In this document: piece by piece, positions 45,101-52,552 of the stretch
Layout of the letters: the number at the start of each line of letters is the position of its first letter
Position numbering within the stretch: the stretch's first letter is position 1
Assembly (NCBI GenBank): GCA_023898365.1
Contig: CP060219.1
Location: forward strand, 334,688 to 398,687
Reading direction: 5' to 3'
Length of the DNA stretch: 64,000 nt
Origin: Candidatus Woesearchaeota archaeon
Lineage (GTDB): Archaea; Nanobdellota; Nanobdellia; Woesearchaeales; GCA-023898365
Translations under genes and position numbers: made by a program
The notes under the pieces: model-generated
What the model was told of the DNA's origin: nothing
The model's input: the letters and a program-made list of their open reading frames with translations, nothing else
Database searches by the model: none

Positions 45101-45775
45101 GTCTTCTGTCGCCTGTTGATTCGTTAAATTTGGTAAAAAATATGCTTGATCATTTACTTCTGCAACTGTGTAGGTTACGGTAATTCCTAAGAGCGAGGGA
45201 GTGTCATCTTTTACATAAAAAGTAAAATTGGTGTCACCAATATGTGCTGCTAAAGGTATGCACGTGACTAATCCCGCCCCAGAAATATCGCAGTAGTTTG
45301 TTCCGTCCGTTTCTAAAAAGGTCAGCGCATCACCATCGGGATCAAAAGCTGAAAGCTGTGTTTGGAAAACGACATCTTCTGTTAAGAGCTCATCAGTTGC
45401 ATTTGGAAGGTTAGGAAGGGAATTATTAATGGTGAACAATTTTCCTGCGGTGGCGCTTGTCGAACCATTCCACAACGTCACATTACAACTCCATCGTTCA
45501 CCACGCTGCGCAATATAGGAAAGTAACGTCGTGCGATTGTCAGTGAACGGAATGTTTGCAACTGTCGTGTAAGGAGAACTGCCATTATACCAAGTCACGT
45601 TTTGTTGTACGGTGTCAATTGAGGGTTTCCAAGAACAGATAATGTTGTCTCTTGTTGTAGGAGTTGACGGCGAAATGCTCGGCAGCGTAGAAAAATTTAC
45701 TGCAAGCGCAAATGCTATGATGAAGAGGGCAAGCGAAGTCACAACAAGTGTTTGGAAGAGGTCAACTCGTTTCAT
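42137..45775 (-). CDS. Giant cell-surface glycoprotein-like protein (~1213 aa from MKRVD) with a signal peptide, a sequon-rich beta-rich ectodomain and a C-terminal TM anchor
   Basis: Signal peptide MKRVDLFQTLVVTSLALFIIAFALAVNF, dozens of NxS/T sequons and the C-terminal TM helix VVLAVGGVIAITILMMIVSYV followed by a basic tail. The track ORF starts further upstream at 45841 and overlaps the RHH gene. Confidence 0.7.
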   Translation of the reverse strand: MKRVDLFQTLVVTSLALFIIAFALAVNFSTLPSISPSTPTTRDNIICSWKPSIDTVQQNVTWYNGSSPYTTVANIPFTDNRTTLLSYIAQRGERWSCNVTLWNGSTSATAGKLFTINNSLPNLPNATDELLTEDVVFQTQLSAFDPDGDALTFLETDGTNYCDISGAGLVTCIPLAAHIGDTNFTFYVKDDTPSLLGITVTYTVAEVNDQAYFLPNLTNQQATEDITFNYSISGFDEEGDEPFTFNMSTDLASIIFVQSSNTEGYVTFNRPSNAPQFADRGLWTVYMNISDNASLLPPVETSFTINVSAVNQLPQITSNLVTPDTNQSDLFTFYINASDADVADNITFTITPRTCSLSNPWSFTTLVNGSNASIVINQIMTNDHVACRNVRIRVTDDHGGYTENNVTFNILNLNDAPVIYELTDGIYNLSNFTWYVNATFSSPLNYSDVDQLTYAGDTLTFSTNHSNFTINSTSGEFNFTVGPGLIGNYLFEVYVDDGEAITTAIANITIRNNSVPVMTVSLVNYTQGILGSSYFTAIDRDGDNLTWSFAYEAGFNASNLGLVQGNMTLYWMNFTPTNAQVGNKTLNVSVCDLANVCDYEVLSFEIGNANDAPIWDNNQDNVSDAINFGILVEDVLYENVFYATDIDFFVLDDNLTFNFAFTGASPTGFAYSKTDVNEVTVSFVPQSGEYGVYEANASVTDAGGLVDWQLVNITIYNESVPPQFTQVTPFMSNTSLNTSWFVVGGLTNITINFSENATVTFDALATNDTTQINNNISYRWYVDGVQKLNLPGVDPGVNSNYTRSFNFSTAGTHDIVVSATDAYYSTANFSWNITIANLNRPPVFYGPLDNFSVSQTTALANYFIYRNSVQRFYDADDDTSANGLLDGAESSTLNFSLAYGESCSVATLSITDTSLTITPTSLGYCDVVFNATDDAGAYVSSNTVRIVITNVPDPVIDVQTSNNPGGTRTVTTTVTVPFQEEVDSPEPFSIVVSDVVAVYENDTVTVPITVVNTWDDSLYGINFNAIAGSENVTVTFSEDYVASLGIGQNASTLLTLGNYRTSGTYEIVVNVTTDDPVASDSATIHINSLEKSTDDEEAYKVKVTFARDLLASNPACAEMNELLTELERRASSIPISQALTELDNIINGCKYLIDNEKNEINLDSPRGLFSMVTLTDLLSERVVLAVGGVIAITILMMIVSYVRDRWRNRKYN

Positions 45776-45938
45776 GTGAAAGTAACCGCTTAATTGTTTT
45801 ATTTTTCTGAACATAGGTCTTTGTCTTTGCTGCGAGCTCATCTAAGACCAGTTCTTTAATCGTTTGCTGAGAAATAACTGATGCTAAACGCAAGCGTTGA
45901 TGCAAGTCGTCAGGTAAAGCAATATTCAGTCGTCCCAT
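45762..45938 (-). CDS. Small ribbon-helix-helix (CopG/Arc/MetJ-like) protein, 58 aa. Unannotated in the ORF track.
   Basis: Manual translation: MGRLNIALPDDLHQRLRLASVISQQTIKELVLDELAAKTKTYVQKNKTIKRLLSHETS. The N-terminal beta-strand plus helix (RLNIALPDDLHQRL) is the classic RHH signature. Its stop overlaps the surface-protein ATG. Confidence 0.55.
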   Translation of the reverse strand: MGRLNIALPDDLHQRLRLASVISQQTIKELVLDELAAKTKTYVQKNKTIKRLLSHETS

Positions 45939-45953
45939 GTTACATCCTACACA

Positions 45954-46100
45954 TTAAGTTTTTTTGCCTACTGGTTCAAGTGCTTGCGCATCCTTAAGCC
46001 AGGAGATAACTAGTTCTTTGAGAGAGGTTTCTTCAAGTGTTGCGATCATTTTTAGCTGATGATGCAATTCTTGCGGTAATTCAATATGTAAATTCGCCAT
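45954..46100 (-). CDS. Small ribbon-helix-helix protein, 48 aa, a paralog of the gene downstream. Unannotated in the ORF track.
   Basis: Manual translation: MANLHIELPQELHHQLKMIATLEETSLKELVISWLKDAQALEPVGKKT. It has the same RHH signature. Confidence 0.55.
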   Translation of the reverse strand: MANLHIELPQELHHQLKMIATLEETSLKELVISWLKDAQALEPVGKKT

Positions 46101-46103
46101 AGT

Positions 46104-46148
46104 CAATTAGTTAGCATAGTTCGCTTAGTTCACTTAGTTTCCTAAGTT
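46104..46148. repeat. Five tandem 9-bp direct repeats (NNNTTAGTT: caattagtt, agcatagtt, cgcttagtt, cacttagtt, tcctaagtt) between a TTTATAAA TATA box (46177-46184) and the RHH ATG. Candidate iteron-type operator.
   Basis: Exact 9-bp periodicity of the TAGTT core at 46108, 46117, 46126, 46135 and 46144. Confidence 0.6.
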
Positions 46149-46210
46149 CGTTTACTAATTCATAAGAACTGCGAAATTTATAAAGGTGTTGATTGAAAAA
46201 AGAACAATAG

Positions 46211-48274
46211 TTACTTCTTTGCCCACGTTAATGAATACGTAATTTGCAAGAATAACCGATGCAGATCGTAAAAGACCATGTCCTTTTGCTGCTGCGTTAA
46301 TGGGTCGAACACCTCTTTTAATTCAAAATATTTGCGCTTTGCAATCTCCGTTTCTTGAAATTCGAGGGCTAAGAGTGCATTACGAACACCTAGCTTAATA
46401 CGTTCCACAGGATTTCCTTCGAGATCCAATTCTTGCACAACACGATGAACGTCGCGTTCTTCAACAACGCTAATTTGATACACGAGCATCCGAAGTTCTT
46501 CGATAAGCAACGGAATATCTGCAAAAGTTACTCTGCGATGTTTGAACTCGAACTCAGAAACCTTTGTGTTAAACGATAAGAAAATCTTCTGCAACGTTTC
46601 GGACTTAATTTTTGTGCGAATTTCCTCAAGCAATTCGTTTGATTCGTACTCAAAAGCAAGATCAAACGTTTGTGAAAAAAAGAAGCGACTGAAATCCATG
46701 AGCGAATCAAGAAGCTTTTCAAGAGCGTCTTTTGCAGGATCATTTCCTAACGAAAGAAGTTTATTTTCAAGTGCGGCGAGTTTTACGAGTAAATCATTCT
46801 TTTGGGTTTCCCTGATAAGAATCTGCTTTCGAAATGAAGAAAGCAAGAACCAACCAAGCGTGACCAGCGCTTTATTAATCTTCGTTGAGAATGCACGGTA
46901 TAACACTGCAAGCACAGCAACAGAAAGAATACCGACCATGATAACCCCTGAAAAGACAGGGTTTGTTTCTTCAAAAAAAGAAGGAGATTGCACACCAATA
47001 CAAGGAGAGCAAGGCCCACCACAATCAACACCCTCTTCATCTTGGTTTTTTATACCATCAAAACAAGTCTCGCATGGCTCGCAAATAGGCCCGCCACAAT
47101 CAACACCCACTTCATCATAATTTCTAATGCCATCATGACAATTCTGGCACGGAGCGCAATACGGTCCACCACAATCAATTTCTTCCTCTTCATTATTTAA
47201 TTGGCCATCAGTGCAATTGCCACACGCAGGACAGGGACCCCCACAATCAACACCCTCCTCGCCTTGATTTTGTTCGCCATCAAAGCACGTCAGCAAATAT
47301 TCACATTCTTGCCAGTAATACTTTTTATACTCATTAGGATCACATGCATAAATATCGACACATTTGCGTCGCTGCGTGCCATTACGCAAACACGCACCCC
47401 AATCAGCACATTTCCATAAAGAGGTACAATCGGTAATACTCACACTCGAAGAGGAAGGAGAAGTAGTTTCTTCTTGTACTTCTTGTCGGCAGTTAACTTT
47501 AATTCTCACCAAATTACTTTGAGCGGAAAGATCACCTGGGTCCGTGGCAGTGAAAATAACATACTCCTCTGCGCAAGTAGAGCCTCGAATAAGTACTTCT
47601 CCAGTATCTTCAACAATCACAATATTAACGGAAGAAGTTGGCGTTACCGAAAAATTCAACGTATCACCGTCAGGATCATCAAAATAATCGTTAAGCCAAA
47701 AAACACTGTACAAAATATCTTCTTGAAGCGTTTGATCAGGAATAGGAGATTCTAAATTTGGAGGATCGTTAATATCTAGAACAGTAAATGTGTAGATGGA
47801 AGACGCATTGTTGTTGTCACATCCACTGTTGTCAACAACTTCAATTAATGATTGGTGCAGACCAACAGAAGCTTGAAATCCGTTCAAAGAAAGTGTTGTC
47901 CCAGTGAGCGTAGTGTTCATTTCAAAAACTTCAGTGGCAGAAATAGTATATCCTCCCTCATCAATAATTGAAATGACACACTCATACGCATTATCAACAA
48001 GCGCTGTTGATTGGTTAAAAGTTGCTGAACACCCAGAAAGATCGATAACTGGACGTGCATTAAAACACATTTGCACAGACCCTGTCGCCTTCCCCGAAGC
48101 ATCTGAATTCGTGTCGTGATACATAAATCGCGCAACACTACCTAGTAAGAGAAGATTCTGAGCTATTAAGAAGATCGCTACAAAGAGCACAATTCCTGTA
48201 AACAAACGATCAGATTTCGTTCGAGTAGCAGCAAGATGCTCAAGTGGTTTTTTCTTGTGTTTAGCGCGCTTCAC
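46211..48274 (-). CDS. Surface protein (687 aa) with an N-terminal TM/signal anchor, an ectodomain containing 4 tandem 25-aa Cys-rich CGGP repeats, a second TM helix and a cytoplasmic coiled-coil tail
   Basis: Repeat units of the form C-x-DG-x-x-N-x-x-E-E-G-VDCGGP-C-x-x-C, occurring four times. The underlying ~75-bp nucleotide repeats (ggcccaccacaatcaacaccc) lie at ~47013, 47089, 47164 and 47236. The TM helix VIMVGILSVAVLAVLY is followed by a helical K/E/L-rich C-terminus. Confidence 0.65.
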   Translation of the reverse strand: MKRAKHKKKPLEHLAATRTKSDRLFTGIVLFVAIFLIAQNLLLLGSVARFMYHDTNSDASGKATGSVQMCFNARPVIDLSGCSATFNQSTALVDNAYECVISIIDEGGYTISATEVFEMNTTLTGTTLSLNGFQASVGLHQSLIEVVDNSGCDNNNASSIYTFTVLDINDPPNLESPIPDQTLQEDILYSVFWLNDYFDDPDGDTLNFSVTPTSSVNIVIVEDTGEVLIRGSTCAEEYVIFTATDPGDLSAQSNLVRIKVNCRQEVQEETTSPSSSSVSITDCTSLWKCADWGACLRNGTQRRKCVDIYACDPNEYKKYYWQECEYLLTCFDGEQNQGEEGVDCGGPCPACGNCTDGQLNNEEEEIDCGGPYCAPCQNCHDGIRNYDEVGVDCGGPICEPCETCFDGIKNQDEEGVDCGGPCSPCIGVQSPSFFEETNPVFSGVIMVGILSVAVLAVLYRAFSTKINKALVTLGWFLLSSFRKQILIRETQKNDLLVKLAALENKLLSLGNDPAKDALEKLLDSLMDFSRFFFSQTFDLAFEYESNELLEEIRTKIKSETLQKIFLSFNTKVSEFEFKHRRVTFADIPLLIEELRMLVYQISVVEERDVHRVVQELDLEGNPVERIKLGVRNALLALEFQETEIAKRKYFELKEVFDPLTQQQKDMVFYDLHRLFLQITYSLTWAKK

Positions 48275-48331
48275 ACCCTACCAACCCCATATCACCATGC
48301 AAGACAGGCTCGTATATAAATGTTTTGAGCC

Positions 48332-48784
48332 CTACTTCTCATAAAAAGCCAAAACAACGTCTCCAGAACAGTTAAGATCCATTTCTTCTGGTGGAGCGGT
48401 GACATGGAATTGTAATTCAAAGGTTTCATCAGCGGCAAGAGAAAATGTTTTGTTACGCACCCACAAAAACTCCGTACACGCACCATCAAGCGAAACAAAG
48501 ACGTCAGAAGGAAAAGGAGAGGTAACAAACAAAGTTCGCGAGGCTGCTGAACCAGGCGTTAAAGTGCCAAGATGGATAGCGTCAGTTCCCACATCAAAAC
48601 CTGCAAGATCAGAAACATAAAAATCATAAGGAACACGCCTCACTTCATCAGGTTCAATAACATTCCAATAAGAGAAATAAGCAATTATTAGCGAAACAGA
48701 AACAAGCAACACAAGTAAAACCAAGATAACAAGCCAGTTTGTTGAAACGTCTTGAGGTGATGGTTTTTTTGTTGCGCGAGCCAT
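48332..48784 (-). CDS. Small N-terminally anchored extracellular protein (150 aa), hypothetical
   Basis: N-terminal TM helix WLVILVLLVLLVSVSLIIAYF followed by a beta-rich domain. Confidence 0.5.
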   Translation of the reverse strand: MARATKKPSPQDVSTNWLVILVLLVLLVSVSLIIAYFSYWNVIEPDEVRRVPYDFYVSDLAGFDVGTDAIHLGTLTPGSAASRTLFVTSPFPSDVFVSLDGACTEFLWVRNKTFSLAADETFELQFHVTAPPEEMDLNCSGDVVLAFYEK

Positions 48785-48795
48785 GGGAGGTCACC

Positions 48796-49944
48796 TTACT
48801 TTTTTCTCATGCGAAGGAAGGCAATGACAACAACCGCTAAGAAGAGGAAGTTGACAACAAGGACAAGGACCAGCCAATTGGAAAGAATTGACTCTTTTGT
48901 TGGTTCTTCAGTTGTTAAAAGAAACTCTGCAGGAAAGGACTTTGTCGCTCCCGCAAATGAAGCGAGAATCTCTCCTTCATACATTCCTTGCTTAAGATCT
49001 GTGGTGTCAACATATACATACGTGCTCTTGCGGTGCAGGCCTGGAAGGTCAATTGCAGGAGATGAGTCAGACCAGCGATCATCAATACGCACTTTAACAG
49101 AGACATCAGAAATCATTTCAGTCCACAGGCTCTCCAATTCAACATTCAACCTGGAAATCTTATCGATAAGCGTAACATTCTGATAATCGTAAAGATCAAC
49201 ATCGAGCTCGCCGACAACAAACTTTTTCCATGCGGATCGCGAGACGATGTCGCCATTATCCCCATATTGGAAGACTACGCTCATATTGTAGTTTCCAGGA
49301 AGAAAGGTGTGTGAAGGAATAACAATAAGGAATTCATCAGCACCCGCAGGTTCGAGAAGAATGTTTGCAACAGTCGTAGAATACACAGTCTGTCCTTGAA
49401 AATCAGTAACGGTGAGAACTGCTCGTGAATCCGAAAGAGGAAATGAGCCTCGATTATAGACGCGTAACGTGACGTTTGCATCAAAACCTACTTTCGCGTT
49501 TGGCATATCAAAACCAAATTCTGCATAGTTTCCTGGATAGGGAACGTCAATAAACATCTGCACCTTCGCACCAGTTCGTGCAGATGCGCCAGCAGTTGCT
49601 TGGTACGCTTCAATTGCTTGGAAATACGTTAATGTTCTCCCATATTTCGTGAATTCTTGAGGAAGCGTATAATTAATTGTCACGCGAGCAGAACCAGAAG
49701 GACCTGGAATAAAAACCTTATCTTCAGCAATACTAAAGACTTCTTCATACGTTCCATAAATGTCAAAGTGCATATACACATCTTGCCCAGCAGTGTGTTG
49801 CACCGTAATATTAAATTGACCAGAATCACCAGGAATGGGTTCAATAAAAACCCTCGGAGGAGAAACACCAACAGCAAGAACAGAAGATATGGCGCAAAGG
49901 ACAAATAGGACAACAAACAATGTTGATTGCATTCTATTACCCAC
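48796..49944 (-). CDS. Surface protein (382 aa) with a signal peptide and a C-terminal TM anchor. A paralog of the 413-aa protein at 51311-52552.
   Basis: Signal peptide LFVVLFVLCAISSVLAVG. C-terminal WLVLVLVVNFLFLAVVVIAFLRMRKK. Shared motif FIDVPYPGNYAEF versus FRFNVPYPGKYLKAEV. Confidence 0.6.
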   Translation of the reverse strand: MGNRMQSTLFVVLFVLCAISSVLAVGVSPPRVFIEPIPGDSGQFNITVQHTAGQDVYMHFDIYGTYEEVFSIAEDKVFIPGPSGSARVTINYTLPQEFTKYGRTLTYFQAIEAYQATAGASARTGAKVQMFIDVPYPGNYAEFGFDMPNAKVGFDANVTLRVYNRGSFPLSDSRAVLTVTDFQGQTVYSTTVANILLEPAGADEFLIVIPSHTFLPGNYNMSVVFQYGDNGDIVSRSAWKKFVVGELDVDLYDYQNVTLIDKISRLNVELESLWTEMISDVSVKVRIDDRWSDSSPAIDLPGLHRKSTYVYVDTTDLKQGMYEGEILASFAGATKSFPAEFLLTTEEPTKESILSNWLVLVLVVNFLFLAVVVIAFLRMRKK

Positions 49945-49999
49945 CTAACACCACCTCAAGGAAAAATAAAGGAAAAGAAAAAAGTAAAAAAAATAGGCC

Positions 50000-50656
50000 T
50001 TATGCCTGCGTTACCGTGAACGTCAGATTGAAATCGTGTCGTCCAGTATTTACTCCAGAGGGAACCATCATCGCAACATCGATGGCAAGTGTTCCTGCAG
50101 GATCAAGATCATCACAAACGACATGTTCTATCATCGCTCCTGCGGTGAAGTTCACATAACCACCATTCGTTCCAAGAGTTCCAGCGCAGTCATCTCCTGT
50201 TTCTGTTGTCTTATACGCAAGCCATGAAAGATCTTCTGCATACTGCGAGTCAAGAATGAAATATCCTGCTGAAGTGTTTTGAGCTTCACCCGTCTTACTT
50301 GGAGTCACATTAACATAACCTTGTACGTTCCCATTATTTTGCAAGTCAAATTGATCAGCATTAAAACCAGTACAAACTGATGCAGTATCATTTGAGTCAT
50401 CAGATGTGATGGTAGAATTTGCTCCTGCTTGTGGCTGGCAATTTCCAAAGTCAATATCCGAATCAAGCAACGTAATTGATGCCTGAGCACTCACGTTTAG
50501 GAGAACAGAACCGTTTGCAAGTGATGCAAAACCCGTTATGTCCGTTCCTCCTCTTGACATAGAAGAAAGTAAGTTCAAACTCATCATTGTTCCGCCAAGA
50601 GATACTACCAATGCCGCAACAAGAATCATTGCGAGCGTTCGATTTGAAACATCCAT
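50000..50656 (-). CDS. Secreted or N-terminally anchored protein (218 aa), hypothetical
   Basis: N-terminal hydrophobic helix LAMILVAALVVSLGG followed by an S/T/N/G/D-rich domain with sequons. Confidence 0.5.
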   Translation of the reverse strand: MDVSNRTLAMILVAALVVSLGGTMMSLNLLSSMSRGGTDITGFASLANGSVLLNVSAQASITLLDSDIDFGNCQPQAGANSTITSDDSNDTASVCTGFNADQFDLQNNGNVQGYVNVTPSKTGEAQNTSAGYFILDSQYAEDLSWLAYKTTETGDDCAGTLGTNGGYVNFTAGAMIEHVVCDDLDPAGTLAIDVAMMVPSGVNTGRHDFNLTFTVTQA

Positions 50657-50677
50657 TCTAAATCACCTTACACTTTG

Positions 50678-50920
50678 TTAATTAACAATATTTAATGTCA
50701 CCTTTCCTGAAATAGGAGAAGAAGGTTCCGAAATTGCAAGTTGGACTTGCCCAAGTGCCGAATCAAGCCGTTGTACAGCAGAATCGGATGGTTGCGGGGA
50801 AGTCGTATCAAGTTGACTTACATGCACCAAAATAGTGAACGTGCTCACTAGAGAGAACACGACCGTCAGAAATACCAACACAACCACTACATGTCTTGAG
50901 ATATCAACCATACACAACAC
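50678..50920 (-). CDS. Small N-terminally anchored protein (80 aa), hypothetical
   Basis: N-terminal TM helix VVVVLVFLTVVFSLVSTFTILV. The ORF could be spurious. Confidence 0.35.
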   Translation of the reverse strand: MLCMVDISRHVVVVLVFLTVVFSLVSTFTILVHVSQLDTTSPQPSDSAVQRLDSALGQVQLAISEPSSPISGKVTLNIVN

Positions 50921-50957
50921 GCCTTTTTGTTATTACTTTCCAAAAAATAAAACTCAT

Positions 50958-51311
50958 TTAAATATGTTTCGAAAAACTGGCTTGCATTTTCTTCTCAGCC
51001 CGCTTAAACACCGTCCAAATCGTTCGATTGTCACGACACAACAGTTTCGCGACATCCTTATACGCTAGTTTTTTCTCATGATGCAGATGATACACTAATG
51101 CTTCAAAGATAGTTAATCGTCTATCTGAGAACACCGACAAAGGAACTGAAGCAGACGATTGAGAAGAAGTTACGCGCGTAAAAAGAGATTCGTTTTGTTT
51201 ACGTTGCTCCACATCAGAAAATGCGGGCGAGAGAGATACAGAAGGGGACAAGAGCATACCTTGTATGAGAACGAATTGATTTAGTTGCGAATCAAAATAG
51301 GAAGTATACAT
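50958..51311 (-). CDS. Small HTH_10 (Bat/sigma-70 region-4-like) DNA-binding protein (117 aa)
   Basis: C-terminal RLTIFEALVYHLHHEKKLAYKDVAKLLCRDNRTIWTVFKRAEKKM matches the HTH_10 pattern LT..E.L..A....Y....ELA..LG.S..T...HLRRAE.K. Confidence 0.5.
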   Translation of the reverse strand: MYTSYFDSQLNQFVLIQGMLLSPSVSLSPAFSDVEQRKQNESLFTRVTSSQSSASVPLSVFSDRRLTIFEALVYHLHHEKKLAYKDVAKLLCRDNRTIWTVFKRAEKKMQASFSKHI

Positions 51312-52552
51312 CAGACCTTCCTCCTTGAGCGCATAACAAAGAAAATGATGACAACATTTGAAACAAGAACAATAAGGACGAGCACCACAATAAGACCGAT
51401 GCCTGACGAAGAAGACTCCTTTGCGCCACCTACAACTTGACCAGTTACCTCGCCAAACTTCTCTAAAGAAACTTCGTCTGGTGCAATCACCGCAGAATAG
51501 ATGTCGCTTCGCACCTTCCCATCATAATGCAACGTCACATCAAAATCATACGTGCCAGGCAATATATCCTTTGTATCCCAAAACCCTTTGAGAACAGCGC
51601 TTGAAAACGCAGGCAAACGTTCAGTAGGGGTTTTAAAGGAAGTTACTTCGGCACCGTTTGTCTCCCGCAAGATAACTTCAGCATAGAGTTCCTCAATAGG
51701 ATTATTCCATAAACTGCGTACCAGAAGATCGATGCGAGCAATTTCTCCAAGATGATATGAAGAAACTGCAAAGCTTGCCAATTCTACCGAAAGAGATCCT
51801 GCTTCAAAGATACGATCCTTGATAAGCGATTCTCCATCATACGTAATTGATGCTTTCAACGTGTACGTACCAGGGTTAGGCGGCGTCCATAACGCAGTAA
51901 GTTTTCCTTCCTCTTTTGAGGGAAGCGAAATTTCAGAAGAGGTAACTGTGCCAACAACCTCATTAGCAGGGTTAAGAACGGTGAAGGTTGCGCGCACTGC
52001 TCGCAAAGGATCAGTTCCGACATTCATCGCGGAAACAATGAACTCTACAACATCCGTTCGAGGAACTGCGGTAACTTCAGCTTTAAGATATTTCCCTGGA
52101 TAAGGAACATTAAAACGGAATTGAGAAATAACTGCGGTCGTTGCGGCAATAATGCCATTATCAGTTGCAACAGAATTAACTTCTCCATTACCAAGAGATT
52201 CAGGAAGAAGCAAAATAACCATTTCGAGCATGTGAAGGCCGGGTTCGATATCTCGTGGAAAAGTAAAACTAAACGAGACCGTTTTTTTCTCATCACTCTC
52301 ACGAACCGTAATAACACCAATATCTGATTTGACCGCATCAGATAAGACGCCTGTTGGATACACACTTACTTTGAAACTCTCCCTGTTCGGATTAAGAATG
52401 TCAAATGATAACTGAACAGTCTGACCAGGAGCATAATCTATCAATCGTGCTGCAGGAGAAACAGTAAGGGCAGAAACTTGCGTAACACAAAGCACACTCA
52501 CTAACAAAAGCAAGCCAAGCAACAAACCTTTACTTTGTGTTAATTGTTTCAT
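51311..52552 (-). CDS. Surface protein (413 aa) with a signal peptide and a C-terminal TM anchor; a paralog of 48796-49944
   Basis: Signal peptide LLLGLLLLVSVLCVTQVSA. C-terminal IGLIVVLVLIVLVSNVVIIFFVMRSRRK. Start codon overlaps the stop of the giant gene in an ATGA arrangement. Confidence 0.6.
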   Translation of the reverse strand: MKQLTQSKGLLLGLLLLVSVLCVTQVSALTVSPAARLIDYAPGQTVQLSFDILNPNRESFKVSVYPTGVLSDAVKSDIGVITVRESDEKKTVSFSFTFPRDIEPGLHMLEMVILLLPESLGNGEVNSVATDNGIIAATTAVISQFRFNVPYPGKYLKAEVTAVPRTDVVEFIVSAMNVGTDPLRAVRATFTVLNPANEVVGTVTSSEISLPSKEEGKLTALWTPPNPGTYTLKASITYDGESLIKDRIFEAGSLSVELASFAVSSYHLGEIARIDLLVRSLWNNPIEELYAEVILRETNGAEVTSFKTPTERLPAFSSAVLKGFWDTKDILPGTYDFDVTLHYDGKVRSDIYSAVIAPDEVSLEKFGEVTGQVVGGAKESSSSGIGLIVVLVLIVLVSNVVIIFFVMRSRRKV

